Assembly: GCF_030373445.1 (NCBI RefSeq)
Contig: NZ_JAUCYU010000007.1
Span: 94,215 to 158,214, forward strand
Origin: Roseovarius sp.
GTDB lineage: Bacteria; Pseudomonadota; Alphaproteobacteria; Rhodobacterales; Rhodobacteraceae
Reading direction: 5' to 3'
Length of the DNA: 64,000 bases
Both the position numbers and the translations under genes were made by a program. Positions 18,073 through 27,448 of the stretch are shown here, piece after piece. Numbering within the stretch: position 1 is the first letter of the stretch; every line of letters starts with the position of its first letter. The notes beneath the pieces were generated by a model. That model ran no database searches and was not told the origin of the DNA. It saw only the letters and a list, made by a program, of their open reading frames with translations.

Positions 18073-19284
18073 ATGAACGGCTACCAGCACCTTTTCATTC
18101 CCGGCCCCACCAACGTGCCGGAGCCCGTGCGGCAGGCGATGAACCTGCCCATGGAGGACATGCGCGCCCCCGATTTCCCCGGCTTCGTCAGCGGGCTGCT
18201 GGCGGACCTGAAGAAGGTCTACCGGATGGAGGGCGGCCGGGTGTTCGTGTTCCCCTCGTCCGGAACGGGCGCGTGGGAAAGCGCCATCCAGAACACGCTG
18301 CGCCCCGGCGACAAGGTTCTGATGTCGCGCTTCGGGCAGTTCTCGCTTCTGTGGGTGGACATGGCCGAGCGGCTGGGCCTCGAGGTAGAGCTGTGCGAGG
18401 TCGAATGGGGCAAGGGCGTGCCGGTGGAGGCCTATGCCCGCATCCTCGAGGCCGACAAGACCCACCAGATCAAGGCGGTCTTCGCCACCCAGAACGAAAC
18501 GGCGACCGGTGTGACCTCCGACATCGAAGGCGTGCGCCGCGCGCTCGATGCCTGTGGTCATCCGGCGATGCTTTATGTCGACGGGGTGAGTTCCATCGCG
18601 TCGATCGAGTTCGAGATGGAGAAATGGGGCGTCGACCTGGCGGTCTCGGGCTCGCAGAAAGGGTTCATGCTGCCCGCCGGGCTGGGCATCCTCGGCGTCT
18701 CGGAGAAGGCGCTGGAGGCGAACCGGGCGCTGGCGGGCGACGGCATGGCGCGGTGCTATTTCAGCTTCGAGGACATGATCAAGCTGAACGATACCGGCTA
18801 TTTCCCCTACACGCCGGCGACCCAGCTGCTGCGGGGCCTGCGCTGTTCGCTCGACCTGCTGCTGGAGGCCGGGATGGAAAGCGTCTGGGCGCGGCATAAC
18901 CGGCTGGCGGGTGGCGTGCGCGCCGCCGTGGCGGCCTGGGACGGGTGTGCGCTGGTGGCGGCCGGGCCGGAATGGCAGTCCGACACGGTGTCGGCGATCT
19001 TCGCGCCCGAGGGGGTCGATGCGCGCGACGTGATCTCGGGGGCCTATTACAAGTACCAGACCTCGCTGGGCTCCGGGCTCAACAAGCTGATGGGCCGCGC
19101 GTTCCGCATCGGGCACCTGGGGTCGCTGAACCCGGTGATGCTCTGCGGGGCGATCTCTGCCGCCGAGATGGCGCTGGTGGATGCGGGCGCGCAGATCGTC
19201 CCGGGTTCGGGCGTGGCCGCCGCGCAGGCGCATTTCCGCGAGTCTACCCCGGCGGCGGTGGCCCTGCCCGCCAAGGCCGCCTGA
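18073..19284 (+). CDS. sga: Serine-glyoxylate aminotransferase (class V PLP aminotransferase)
   Basis: GAGGAGA SD 6 nt upstream. MNGYQHLFIPGPTNVPEPVRQAM, PSSGTGAWESAI and the PLP-lysine motif SGSQKGFMLPAG. Lies next to hydroxypyruvate reductase, mcl and mtkAB. Confidence 0.85.
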   Translation: MNGYQHLFIPGPTNVPEPVRQAMNLPMEDMRAPDFPGFVSGLLADLKKVYRMEGGRVFVFPSSGTGAWESAIQNTLRPGDKVLMSRFGQFSLLWVDMAERLGLEVELCEVEWGKGVPVEAYARILEADKTHQIKAVFATQNETATGVTSDIEGVRRALDACGHPAMLYVDGVSSIASIEFEMEKWGVDLAVSGSQKGFMLPAGLGILGVSEKALEANRALAGDGMARCYFSFEDMIKLNDTGYFPYTPATQLLRGLRCSLDLLLEAGMESVWARHNRLAGGVRAAVAAWDGCALVAAGPEWQSDTVSAIFAPEGVDARDVISGAYYKYQTSLGSGLNKLMGRAFRIGHLGSLNPVMLCGAISAAEMALVDAGAQIVPGSGVAAAQAHFRESTPAAVALPAKAA

Positions 19285-19287
19285 GCC

Positions 19288-20268
19288 ATGGCGGAGCGGC
19301 AAATCCTTGTCACCCGCGCCTGGCCGAAGGCGGCGGAGGAGCGGCTGGTGGCGGAAGGGCTGGGCACCGTCAGCCTGCGCCATCCGGATACGGCCCTGAG
19401 CCACGAGGAATGGATGGCGGCGGCGGAAAGCTATGACGCCATCCTGCCCACCGTGTCGGACCGGATCCCGGCGGAGTTCTACGGGGCCGCGAAGGGCAAG
19501 GTTCGGGTGATGGCCAATTACGGCGTGGGGTTCAACCATATCGACATCGAGGCCGCGCGGGCCAATGGCATCGCAGTGACCAACACGCCCGACGTCCTGA
19601 CCGACTGCACCGCCGACCTGGCGATGGGCCTGCTGCTCGCCGCCGCCCGCCGCATCGGCGAGGGCGAGCGCGAGACGCGGGCCGGCGGCTGGGAGGGCTG
19701 GCGGCCCACCCACATGATCGGCAAGAAGGTCTCGGGCGCCACACTCGGGATCGTCGGTTTCGGCCGGATCGGCCAGGCGATGGCGCGGCGGGCCCATGGC
19801 GGGTTCGGCATGCGCGTGGTGTTTCAGGATGCCTGGGACGTGCCGGAAGACATCAGGGCGGCGAATGGCAAGGCGGAACAGCTCGGGTCGATTGCCGAGG
19901 TGGCGGCGGAGGCGGATTTCCTGTCGCTCCACTGTCCCGGCGGGGCGGAGACGTTCAAGCTGATCGGCGCGCAGGTGTTCGAGGCGATGAAGCCCGGGGC
20001 GATCCTCGTGAACACGGCGCGCGGCGACGTGGTGGACGAGGACGCGCTGTTCGCGGCGCTCGAGTCAGGGAAGCTGGCGGCGGCGGGGCTCGACGTCTAC
20101 ATGGGCGAACCGGCACTCGATGCGCGGTTTCTCGGGCATGAGAACATCGTGCTGGCGCCGCACCTGGGCTCTGCCACCGAGGCGACGCGCGTTGCCATGG
20201 GGCATCGGGCGATCGACAATCTGCGAGCGTTCCTGGCGGGTGAGACGCCGGGCGACCTGGTGACGTAA
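19288..20268 (+). CDS. D-2-hydroxyacid dehydrogenase (glyoxylate/hydroxypyruvate reductase)
   Basis: NAD-binding motif LGIVGFGRIGQAMARRA. Catalytic-region pattern ILVNTARGDVVDEDAL...LDVY..EP and APHLGSAT. Confidence 0.85.
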   Translation: MAERQILVTRAWPKAAEERLVAEGLGTVSLRHPDTALSHEEWMAAAESYDAILPTVSDRIPAEFYGAAKGKVRVMANYGVGFNHIDIEAARANGIAVTNTPDVLTDCTADLAMGLLLAAARRIGEGERETRAGGWEGWRPTHMIGKKVSGATLGIVGFGRIGQAMARRAHGGFGMRVVFQDAWDVPEDIRAANGKAEQLGSIAEVAAEADFLSLHCPGGAETFKLIGAQVFEAMKPGAILVNTARGDVVDEDALFAALESGKLAAAGLDVYMGEPALDARFLGHENIVLAPHLGSATEATRVAMGHRAIDNLRAFLAGETPGDLVT

Positions 20269-20304
20269 ACCGGACATTAACCACGGATGGGGAAGGATCG
20301 GGGC

Positions 20305-20532
20305 ATGAGAGATCATGGTCCGATCACGCCCGAGCAATGGCTGGGCAAGCTGTTCTCCTCACGCGCAGCGCGCGAGGGGCGCGTCATCCGCCGGCAATTG
20401 CGCGACATCGACCGCTATATCGGCCGCAACCGGTTCGAGGCCGAACTGGCCCGGCGCGGCTATCATGCGGTCGAGAATGCCGGGCAGATGGTCATCTTCT
20501 GCAACCAGGAACCGATCCGCGTGATCCTGTAG
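20305..20532 (+). CDS. Small basic hypothetical protein (75 aa; 81 aa if started at 20287)
   Basis: ATG 20305 is preceded by GGAAGGA. MRDHGPITPEQWLGKLFSSRAAREGRVIRRQLRDIDRYIGRNRFEAELARRGYHAVENAGQMVIFCNQEPIRVIL. No enzyme motif recognised. The composition looks coding rather than GC junk. Its stop codon abuts the palindrome array. Confidence 0.5.
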   Translation: MRDHGPITPEQWLGKLFSSRAAREGRVIRRQLRDIDRYIGRNRFEAELARRGYHAVENAGQMVIFCNQEPIRVIL

Positions 20533-20603
20533 GTACTTTCCGCGCGGAAAGTACCCTCGGGAAATGCGCATTTCCCGAGCCCGGAATTTGCGCAAATTCC
20601 GGG
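20532..20603. repeat. Three abutting perfect 24-bp palindromes
   Basis: 20532-20555 GGTACTTTCCGCGCGGAAAGTACC; 20556-20579 CTCGGGAAATGCGCATTTCCCGAG; 20580-20603 CCCGGAATTTGCGCAAATTCCGGG. All 12 base pairs of each unit were checked by hand. A degenerate fourth unit lies at 20605-20629. Confidence 0.95.
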
Positions 20604-20841
20604 TTTTCGCCGCTGGCGCCGCGACGAAAGTTTCCGATCGTAAACCCCTGTAATCCATACACTTCTCTGCGCCGCAGCGAGTGCATCCCACCGCATCCCG
20701 CAGGCCCCGCTCCGGGTAGTCGCCCCCTACCCGTTCGTCGCCCGCGCCCCTCCCCGCGCGGGCATTCTTACCCGCAGGGAAGTATCGCCCCGGCCCGCCC
20801 GGCGCGACACTGGCGCCAACACGCAACAAGGGATCACGGAC

Positions 20842-21783
20842 ATGAGCTACACCCTCCACCCGCTCAAGAAGCAGCGCCTGCAACGGTCGGAACTGGCCGT
20901 GCCGGGCTCGAACCCGTCGATGATCGACAAGGCGGCCGCATCGGAGGTCGACTACATCTTCCTCGACCTCGAGGATGCGGTGGCGCCCCCCGACAAGGTG
21001 CAGGCCCGCGCCAACATCATCCAGGCGCTCAACGACATCGACTGGAAGGCCAAGGGCAAGACCATGTCGATCCGGATCAACGGGCTCGACACCCATTACA
21101 TGTACCGCGACGTGGTCGAGATCGTCGAACAGGCGGGCCAGCATCTCGACACCGTGCTGGTGCCCAAGGTGGGCGTGCCGGCCGACCTTTACACGGTCGA
21201 AACCCTGCTCTCCCAGATCGAGGAGGCCAAGGGGTTCTCGCACAAGATCGGCCTCGAGGCGCTCATTGAAACCTCGCTGGGCATGGCCAACGTGGAGGCC
21301 ATCGCCGCCGCCCCCGGCCGGCTGGAGGCGATGCATTTCGGCGTGGCCGATTATGCCGCCTCGACCCGCGCCCGCACCGTGGTGATCGGCGGGCTGAACC
21401 CCGACTACCCCGGCGACCAGTGGCATTTCGCCCTGTCGCGCATGACCGTGGCCTGCCGGGCCTATGGGTTGCGCGCCATCGACGGGCCGTTCGGCGATTT
21501 CTCGGACCCCGAGGCCTATATCGCCTCGGCGAAACGCGCCGCGGCGCTCGGGATCGAGGGGAAATGGGCCATCCACCCCAGCCAGGTGAAGCTTGCCAAC
21601 GATGTCTTCTCGCCCCCCGAGGGCGAGGTCACCAAGGCGCGGCGCATCATCGAGGAACTGAAGGCCGCCGCCGCCCAGGGCAAGGGCGCCGCCGCGCTGG
21701 ACGGCAAGATGATCGACGCCGCCAGCGAGCGGATGGCCAACAACGTCATCACCGTCGCCGACGCCATCGCGGCCAAGGGATAA
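20842..21783 (+). CDS. mcl: L-malyl-CoA/beta-methylmalyl-CoA lyase (HpcH/CitE family)
   Basis: 313 aa. Has RSELAVPGSNPSMIDKAAASEVDYIFLDLEDAVAPPDKVQARANIIQALNDIDW..SIRINGLDT..YRDVVEIVEQAG and GKWAIHPSQV, closely matching the Rhodobacter Mcl1 pattern I recall. Confidence 0.85.
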   Translation: MSYTLHPLKKQRLQRSELAVPGSNPSMIDKAAASEVDYIFLDLEDAVAPPDKVQARANIIQALNDIDWKAKGKTMSIRINGLDTHYMYRDVVEIVEQAGQHLDTVLVPKVGVPADLYTVETLLSQIEEAKGFSHKIGLEALIETSLGMANVEAIAAAPGRLEAMHFGVADYAASTRARTVVIGGLNPDYPGDQWHFALSRMTVACRAYGLRAIDGPFGDFSDPEAYIASAKRAAALGIEGKWAIHPSQVKLANDVFSPPEGEVTKARRIIEELKAAAAQGKGAAALDGKMIDAASERMANNVITVADAIAAKG

Positions 21784-21798
21784 CAAGGAGGTCACCCC

Positions 21799-22983
21799 AT
21801 GGACATTCACGAATACCAGGCCAAGGAGATGCTGCGCCGCTTCGGTGTCAGCACCCCGCGCGGCGGCATCGCCTATTCGCCGGAACAGGCCGTCTATCGC
21901 TGCTCGGAGCTTTCCGGCGACAAGTGGGTCGTCAAGGCGCAGATCCATTCCGGCGCGCGCGGCAAAGCGGGCGGGGTGCGCATCTGCGCGAGCGAAGAGG
22001 AGGTGGCCGACGCCGCCCAGTGGATGCTGGGCCGCCGCCTCGTCACCCACCAGACCGGGCCGCAGGGCAAGCTGGTGAACCGGCTTTATGTCGAGGAAGC
22101 CACCAACATCGCGCAGGAAATCTACCTGGGCTTCGTGATGGACCGCAAGCTCGAGCGCGTGGTCGTCGTGGCCTCGGCGCAGGGCGGGATGGAGATCGAG
22201 GAAATCTCGGCCAACGAGCCCGACTCGCTGATCCGCAGCGTGGTCGACCCCGCGGTGGGCATGCAGAACTTCCAGGCGCGCGAGATCGCCTTCCAGCTGG
22301 GGCTCGACCCCGCGCTCATTCCGGCGGCGGTCAAGACGATCATCGGCTGCTACCGCCTGATGAGCGAGACCGATGCCAACATGGTCGAGATCAACCCGCT
22401 GGTGGTGACGCAGGGCAACGAGATCGTGGCGCTGGACGCCAAGCTCGCCTTCGACGACAACGCGCTTTTCCGGCACCCGGATATCTCGGAGCTGCGCGAC
22501 AAGAGCCAGGAAGACCCGCGCGAGACCTACGCGGGCGACCGCGGCCTGAACTATATCGGCCTCGACGGCCGGATCGGCTGTATCGTCAACGGTGCCGGGC
22601 TCGCCATGGCCACGCTCGACATGATCAAGATGGCGGGCGGCGAGCCTGCCAACTTCCTCGACGTGGGCGGCGGGGCCAGTCCGGAACGCGTGCTCATGTC
22701 CTTCAAGGCCGTGCTCAACGACCGCAATGTCGAAGGCATCCTCGTCAACATCTTCGCCGGCATCAACCGCTGCGACTGGATCGCCGAGGGGGTGATCCGG
22801 GCGGTGAAGGAGCTTGACCTGCAAATGCCGCTCGTCGTGCGGCTCTCGGGCACCAATGTCGCGGAAGGCCGCAAGCTTATCGCAGACAGCGGCCTCGACA
22901 TCATCACCGCCAGCACCCTGGCCGAGGCGGCCGAGAAGGTCGTCGGCGCCTGGAAGACGGCCCATATGAAGGAGGCCTCGTGA
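21799..22983 (+). CDS. mtkA: Malate-CoA ligase (malate thiokinase) beta subunit, SucC-like
   Basis: ATP-grasp N-terminus [37 protein letters not shown] and [15 protein letters not shown]. Assigned as mtkA rather than sucC because it directly follows mcl. Confidence 0.8.
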   Translation: MDIHEYQAKEMLRRFGVSTPRGGIAYSPEQAVYRCSELSGDKWVVKAQIHSGARGKAGGVRICASEEEVADAAQWMLGRRLVTHQTGPQGKLVNRLYVEEATNIAQEIYLGFVMDRKLERVVVVASAQGGMEIEEISANEPDSLIRSVVDPAVGMQNFQAREIAFQLGLDPALIPAAVKTIIGCYRLMSETDANMVEINPLVVTQGNEIVALDAKLAFDDNALFRHPDISELRDKSQEDPRETYAGDRGLNYIGLDGRIGCIVNGAGLAMATLDMIKMAGGEPANFLDVGGGASPERVLMSFKAVLNDRNVEGILVNIFAGINRCDWIAEGVIRAVKELDLQMPLVVRLSGTNVAEGRKLIADSGLDIITASTLAEAAEKVVGAWKTAHMKEAS

Positions 22984-23864
22984 TGGCCATTCTGATCGAC
23001 AGCACCACCCGCGTTCTCGTGACCGGCATCACCGGGCGGATCGGCAGTTTCCACGCGCAGGACATGATCAAGCACGGCACCAACGTCGTGGGCGGCGTGA
23101 CGCCCGGCAAGGGCGGCACCACGCATCTCGACCTGCCGGTCTTCAACACGGTGAAGGGCGCGGTGGCCGAAACCGGCGCCGACCTGGTGGTCAGCTTCGT
23201 GCCGCCGCCCTTTGCCGCGGATTCGATCATGGAGGCGGCGGATGCGGGGATAAAGACCTGCGTCTGCATCGCCGACGGCATCCCGGCGCAGGACATGATC
23301 CAGGTGAAACGCTACATGCGCCGCTACAAGGAAGACCGGCGGATGCGCCTGATCGGGCCGAACTGCGCGGGCATCATCACGCCCGGACAGGCCTTTGCCG
23401 GGCTCATGCCGCCCTCGATCTACAAGCCGGGGCGCGTGGGCATCGTCGGCCGCTCGGGCACGCTGGGCTACGAGGCGGCGAGCCAGATGTCGGAGCGGGG
23501 CATCGGCGTCTCCTCCTCGATCGGGATCGGGGGCGATCCGATCAACGGGTCGAGCTTCAAGGACATCCTCGAACTCTTTGAAAACGATGTGGAAACCGAT
23601 GCCGTGGTCCTCGTCGGCGAGATCGGCGGCCCGCAGGAGGCCGAGGCCGCGGAATACATCCGCGACCACATGTCGAAGCCGGTCGCGGCCTATATCGCCG
23701 GGCTCTCGGCCCCCAAGGGGCGGCGGATGGGCCATGCCGGCGCCATCGTCTCGGCCTTCGGCGAATCGGCGCAGGAAAAGGTCGACATCCTCAAGGAGGC
23801 GGGCGTGACCATTGTCCCCACGCCGTCCTCCTTCGGCGAGGTTGTCGCGAAAATGGTGGCCTGA
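22980..23864 (+). CDS. mtkB: Malate-CoA ligase alpha subunit, SucD-like
   Basis: CoA-binding [18 protein letters not shown] and phosphohistidine loop [11 protein letters not shown]. Start is GTG 22980 or ATG 22983, after GAAGGAGG. Overlaps the mtkA stop. Confidence 0.8.
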   Translation: MMAILIDSTTRVLVTGITGRIGSFHAQDMIKHGTNVVGGVTPGKGGTTHLDLPVFNTVKGAVAETGADLVVSFVPPPFAADSIMEAADAGIKTCVCIADGIPAQDMIQVKRYMRRYKEDRRMRLIGPNCAGIITPGQAFAGLMPPSIYKPGRVGIVGRSGTLGYEAASQMSERGIGVSSSIGIGGDPINGSSFKDILELFENDVETDAVVLVGEIGGPQEAEAAEYIRDHMSKPVAAYIAGLSAPKGRRMGHAGAIVSAFGESAQEKVDILKEAGVTIVPTPSSFGEVVAKMVA

Positions 23865-23898
23865 CCCCTCCCTTCCCCTCGTTCAGCCACCATGCCCC

Positions 23899-23926
23899 GC
23901 CCCGGCGCGATCCCCCGCGCCGGGGC
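23899..23926 (+). terminator. GC-rich hairpin downstream of mtkB (possible terminator)
   Basis: CCCCGGCGCG-ATCCC-CGCGCCGGGG, a 10-bp stem. It is followed only by a weak T tract (CGTTTCGG). Confidence 0.45.
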
Positions 23927-24014
23927 ATCGCGTTTCGGCACGCGCTCCTGGTGCCCAAGGGCTTTTCAGCGGCAAGGCGCTCGCTTAAGAGGCGTGCGGT
24001 AAAGGAGAGTGCCC

Positions 24015-24761
24015 ATGCCGACAGAGACCCCGCAGCCCGCCTTCGTGCTGGTCCGCCCGCAGATGGGCGAGAATATCGGCGCCGCCGCGCGGGCGATGTG
24101 GAATTTCGGGCTGGACCGGATGCGGATCGTGGCGCCGCGCGACGGCTGGCCCAACTCCAAGGCCGCGGCGATGGCGAGCGGCGCGGGGCGGTTGCTGGAC
24201 GAGGCGGTATTGGCCGACGACCTGCCCGAGGCGCTGGCGGATTGCTCCTACGTGTTCGCCACGACCGCGCGGGTGCGGGGGCTGACCAAGCCGGTCTTCG
24301 CGCCGGAGCGGGCGATGCAGCTGGCGGCCGAGAAGATTGCCGCCGGCGAGAAGGTGGCGGTGCTGTTCGGGCCGGAGCGGGCCGGACTGGAGAACGAGGA
24401 CGTGACGCGGGCCAATGCCATCATCAGCGTGCCGGTGAACCCGGAGTTTGCCAGCCTGAACCTTGCGCAATGCGTGCTGCTGACGGCTTACGAGTGGCGG
24501 CGGGCGAGCGGTGAGGTCGAGATGGAGCGGACCGACATGGCCGGCGCCGACTGGGCCACCCAGACCGAGGTGGAGAAGCTGGCGGATCATTACGAAGAGC
24601 GCATGGAAGAGGCCGGCTTCTTCTTCCCCGAGCACAAGCGCGAGGGCATGAAGATCAACCTGCGCAACATGTGGAGCCGGATGCCCCTGACGGGCGCCGA
24701 TGTGCGGATGCTGCACGGGGTGCTGCGTCAGATGGTCCGCTGGAAGGACCGGGCCGAGTGA
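24015..24761 (+). CDS. SpoU/TrmH-family RNA 2'-O-methyltransferase (TrmJ-like)
   Basis: AAGGAGAG SD. FVLVRPQMGENIGAAARAMWNFGL, LFGPERAGLENEDV and ANAIISVPVNPEFASLNLAQCV. Confidence 0.8.
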   Translation: MPTETPQPAFVLVRPQMGENIGAAARAMWNFGLDRMRIVAPRDGWPNSKAAAMASGAGRLLDEAVLADDLPEALADCSYVFATTARVRGLTKPVFAPERAMQLAAEKIAAGEKVAVLFGPERAGLENEDVTRANAIISVPVNPEFASLNLAQCVLLTAYEWRRASGEVEMERTDMAGADWATQTEVEKLADHYEERMEEAGFFFPEHKREGMKINLRNMWSRMPLTGADVRMLHGVLRQMVRWKDRAE

Positions 24762-24819
24762 GCTTGAAGCGGGCGCGTGGCGGCACTACCCTCCGCCGGA
24801 ACAAGGGAAAGGGTCGGGG

Positions 24820-25959
24820 ATGAGCGGCAAGCGCAGCATTTTCGAAGAGGTGGGCGAGGAGACGCCCCGGCGCGAGGCGCCGAAGGGCGGCATGATCGAC
24901 AAGGGCCGGCGCGGCGCGCGTGGCGCGGTGCGGGCGTGGCTGCTGGTGCTTTTCGCGCTGGTGGTGGTGATGATCGCCGTGGGCGGGCTGACCAGGCTGA
25001 CCGATAGCGGGCTCTCGATCACCGAGTGGAACGTGGTCAAGGGCGCCCTGCCCCCGACCGACCAGGCCGCGTGGGAGGCCGAGTTCGAGAAATACCAGGC
25101 CATTCCCGAGTACCAGTTGCAGAACAAGGGCATGAGCCTCGAGGAATTCAAGACGATCTACTGGTGGGAATGGGGCCACCGGCAGCTTGGCCGGGTGATC
25201 GGCCTTGTCTGGGCGCTGGGGTTCCTCGGCTTCCTGCTGACGCGGACCATCCCGCCGGGCTGGACCGGGCGGCTTCTGGGCCTTGGCGTGCTGGGCGGGG
25301 CGCAGGGGGCGATCGGCTGGTGGATGGTGTCCTCCGGTTTGACGGGCCAGATGCTCGACGTGGCGAGCTACCGGCTGGCGGTGCATCTGGGACTGGCCTT
25401 CGTCATCCTCGGGTTGATCGCGTGGTATGTCTTCAGCTTGGGCCGCGAGGAGCGGGAGCTGATGCAGGCCCGCCGGGGCCGCGAGCCGAAGCTCTTCAGC
25501 CTGTCGACGGGATGGATGCATTTCGCCTTCCTGCAGATCCTGATCGGCGCGCTGGTCGCCGGCATCGACGCGGGCCGCACCTTCACCGACTGGCCGCTGA
25601 TGGCGGGGGGGTTCCTGCCGGTGGATTTCTGGATGAGCGACCTTGGCTGGCGCAACCTGTTCGAGAACCCCGGCTTCGTGCAGTTCACCCACCGGATGGC
25701 GGGCTACCTGCTCCTGGCCTTCTCGGTCATGGTCTGGCTGAAGGGCCGGCGCAGCGCCAACACTGCCACCCGCGCGGCCTTTACCGGCGCCTTCATCGCG
25801 CTTTGCGCACAGGTGGTGATGGGCATCGCCACCGTGCTTTACGCGGCACCCTGGCAGGTGGCGATCGTGCACCAGCTTCTGGCGGTGGCGGTCTGGGTGC
25901 TTATCATCCGAGCGCGGTTCCACAGCCAGTATCCGCTGGCGCAATCGGTCAGGGGGTAA
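24820..25959 (+). CDS. ctaA: Heme A synthase (COX15/CtaA)
   Basis: ATG 24820. GGLTRLTDSGLSITEW, FKTIYWWEWGHRQLGR and HRMAGYLL. Multi-pass membrane protein with the conserved His pairs. Confidence 0.85.
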   Translation: MSGKRSIFEEVGEETPRREAPKGGMIDKGRRGARGAVRAWLLVLFALVVVMIAVGGLTRLTDSGLSITEWNVVKGALPPTDQAAWEAEFEKYQAIPEYQLQNKGMSLEEFKTIYWWEWGHRQLGRVIGLVWALGFLGFLLTRTIPPGWTGRLLGLGVLGGAQGAIGWWMVSSGLTGQMLDVASYRLAVHLGLAFVILGLIAWYVFSLGREERELMQARRGREPKLFSLSTGWMHFAFLQILIGALVAGIDAGRTFTDWPLMAGGFLPVDFWMSDLGWRNLFENPGFVQFTHRMAGYLLLAFSVMVWLKGRRSANTATRAAFTGAFIALCAQVVMGIATVLYAAPWQVAIVHQLLAVAVWVLIIRARFHSQYPLAQSVRG

Positions 25960-25963
25960 GACC

Positions 25964-27436
25964 ATGGCGGCCTATGACGAGCTGATGGCGCATGAGCGCG
26001 AGACACAGGCGCTGGCCCAGGTGGCCGGGCGGCTGAGCTGGGACCAGGAGACGGTGATGCCGCGCGGCGCGGCCGAGCAGCGCTCGGAGGAATCCGGCGC
26101 GATGGAGGCGGTGCTGCATGCCCGCCGCACCGATCCGCGCGTGGGCGACTGGCTGGCGGCGGCCGAGGCGCCGGATGACGTGGGCGAGGCGCAGCTTCGG
26201 CAGATCCGCCGGGCGCATGACCGGGCGCGGAAGGTGCCGGCCAGCCTTGCCACGGCGCTCGCCCGGCTCACCAGCCGGTCACAGGGCATCTGGGCCGCGG
26301 CGCGGGCCGCGGATGACTTTGCCGCCTTCGCCCCCACGCTGGAGGAGGTCGTCCGCCTCAAGCGCGAGGAGGCGGCGGCGCTGGCCGAGACCGGCACGCT
26401 CTACGACGCGCTGCTCGACGATTTCGAGCCGGGCGCCACGGCGGCCATGCTGGAAGCCATGTTCGAGGACATGCGCCCCGGCCTCGTCCAGCTTCGCAAG
26501 CGCGCGCTCGAGGGGGCGGCGGCGGAGGGCGTCAGCGGCACATACCCCGCCGATACCCAGCTTGCCTTCGCCCGCGACCTTGCCGCGCGGTTCGGCTATG
26601 ACGGCACGCGCGGGCGGCTGGACCTTGCGGTGCATCCGTTCTCCTCGGGCTCCGGCGACGACGTGCGGATCACCACGCGGACGGCGGCCGACGACCCGTT
26701 CAACTGCATCTATTCCACGATCCACGAGACCGGGCATGCCTGTTACGAGCAGGGCGTCGACCCGGCCTTCCGCCTGACCCCGCTGGGCCAGGGCGTGTCG
26801 ATGGGCGTGCATGAGAGCCAAAGCCGGATCTACGAGAACCAGCTCGGCCGCTCGCCCGCCTTCTGCCACTGGCTTTTCGGCGAGATGCGGGACCGCTTCG
26901 GTGATCTCGGGGTGGCGGACGAGGCGGCCTTCTACCGCGCCGTCAACCGCGTGCATCGCGGCTATATCCGGACAGAGGCGGACGAGGTGCAGTACAACCT
27001 GCATATCATGCTGCGCTTCGACCTCGAGAAGGCGCTGGTCTCGGGCGACCTCGCGGTGCGCGATCTCGAGGCGGCGTGGAACGACCGGTTCGAGACGGAT
27101 TTCGGCTACAAGGTGGACCGCGCGGCCAACGGCGTCCTGCAGGACGTGCACTGGTCGGTGGGGCTCTTCGGCTATTTCCCCACCTACAGCCTCGGCAATG
27201 TCTATGCCGGCTGTCTCTACAAGGCGCTGCGGAACGCGGTGCCGGATATCGACGGCCACCTCCAGCGCGGCGATCCGACACCGGCCACCCGCTGGCTGCA
27301 CGAGAACTTGCAGCGCCATGGCGGGCGCTATCGCCCGCGCGAGGTGATCACCCGCGCCTGTGGCGGAGAGGAGCCGTCGGCGGGGCCGCTGATGAGCTAC
27401 CTCGCCGACAAGTTCTGCGCCCTCTACCCGGGCTGA
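25964..27436 (+). CDS. Carboxypeptidase M32 (Taq-type metallocarboxypeptidase)
   Basis: HEXXH as IHETGHACYEQG, plus HESQSRIYENQ, DEVQYNLHIMLRF and IHWS-like DVHWSVGLFGYFPTYSLGN. Confidence 0.9.
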   Translation: MAAYDELMAHERETQALAQVAGRLSWDQETVMPRGAAEQRSEESGAMEAVLHARRTDPRVGDWLAAAEAPDDVGEAQLRQIRRAHDRARKVPASLATALARLTSRSQGIWAAARAADDFAAFAPTLEEVVRLKREEAAALAETGTLYDALLDDFEPGATAAMLEAMFEDMRPGLVQLRKRALEGAAAEGVSGTYPADTQLAFARDLAARFGYDGTRGRLDLAVHPFSSGSGDDVRITTRTAADDPFNCIYSTIHETGHACYEQGVDPAFRLTPLGQGVSMGVHESQSRIYENQLGRSPAFCHWLFGEMRDRFGDLGVADEAAFYRAVNRVHRGYIRTEADEVQYNLHIMLRFDLEKALVSGDLAVRDLEAAWNDRFETDFGYKVDRAANGVLQDVHWSVGLFGYFPTYSLGNVYAGCLYKALRNAVPDIDGHLQRGDPTPATRWLHENLQRHGGRYRPREVITRACGGEEPSAGPLMSYLADKFCALYPG

Positions 27437-27448
27437 GGCCGCCCTGCC

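Noticed and set aside
20532-20603. Palindrome array read as a mini-CRISPR
   Set aside because: The units abut with no spacers, each unit has a different sequence, and there are no cas genes in the window.
20359-22965. 868-aa ORF on the minus strand
   Set aside because: It is antisense to mcl and mtkA, both of which have strong family motifs. It also reads straight through the palindrome array, which produces mirror-image pseudo-peptides.
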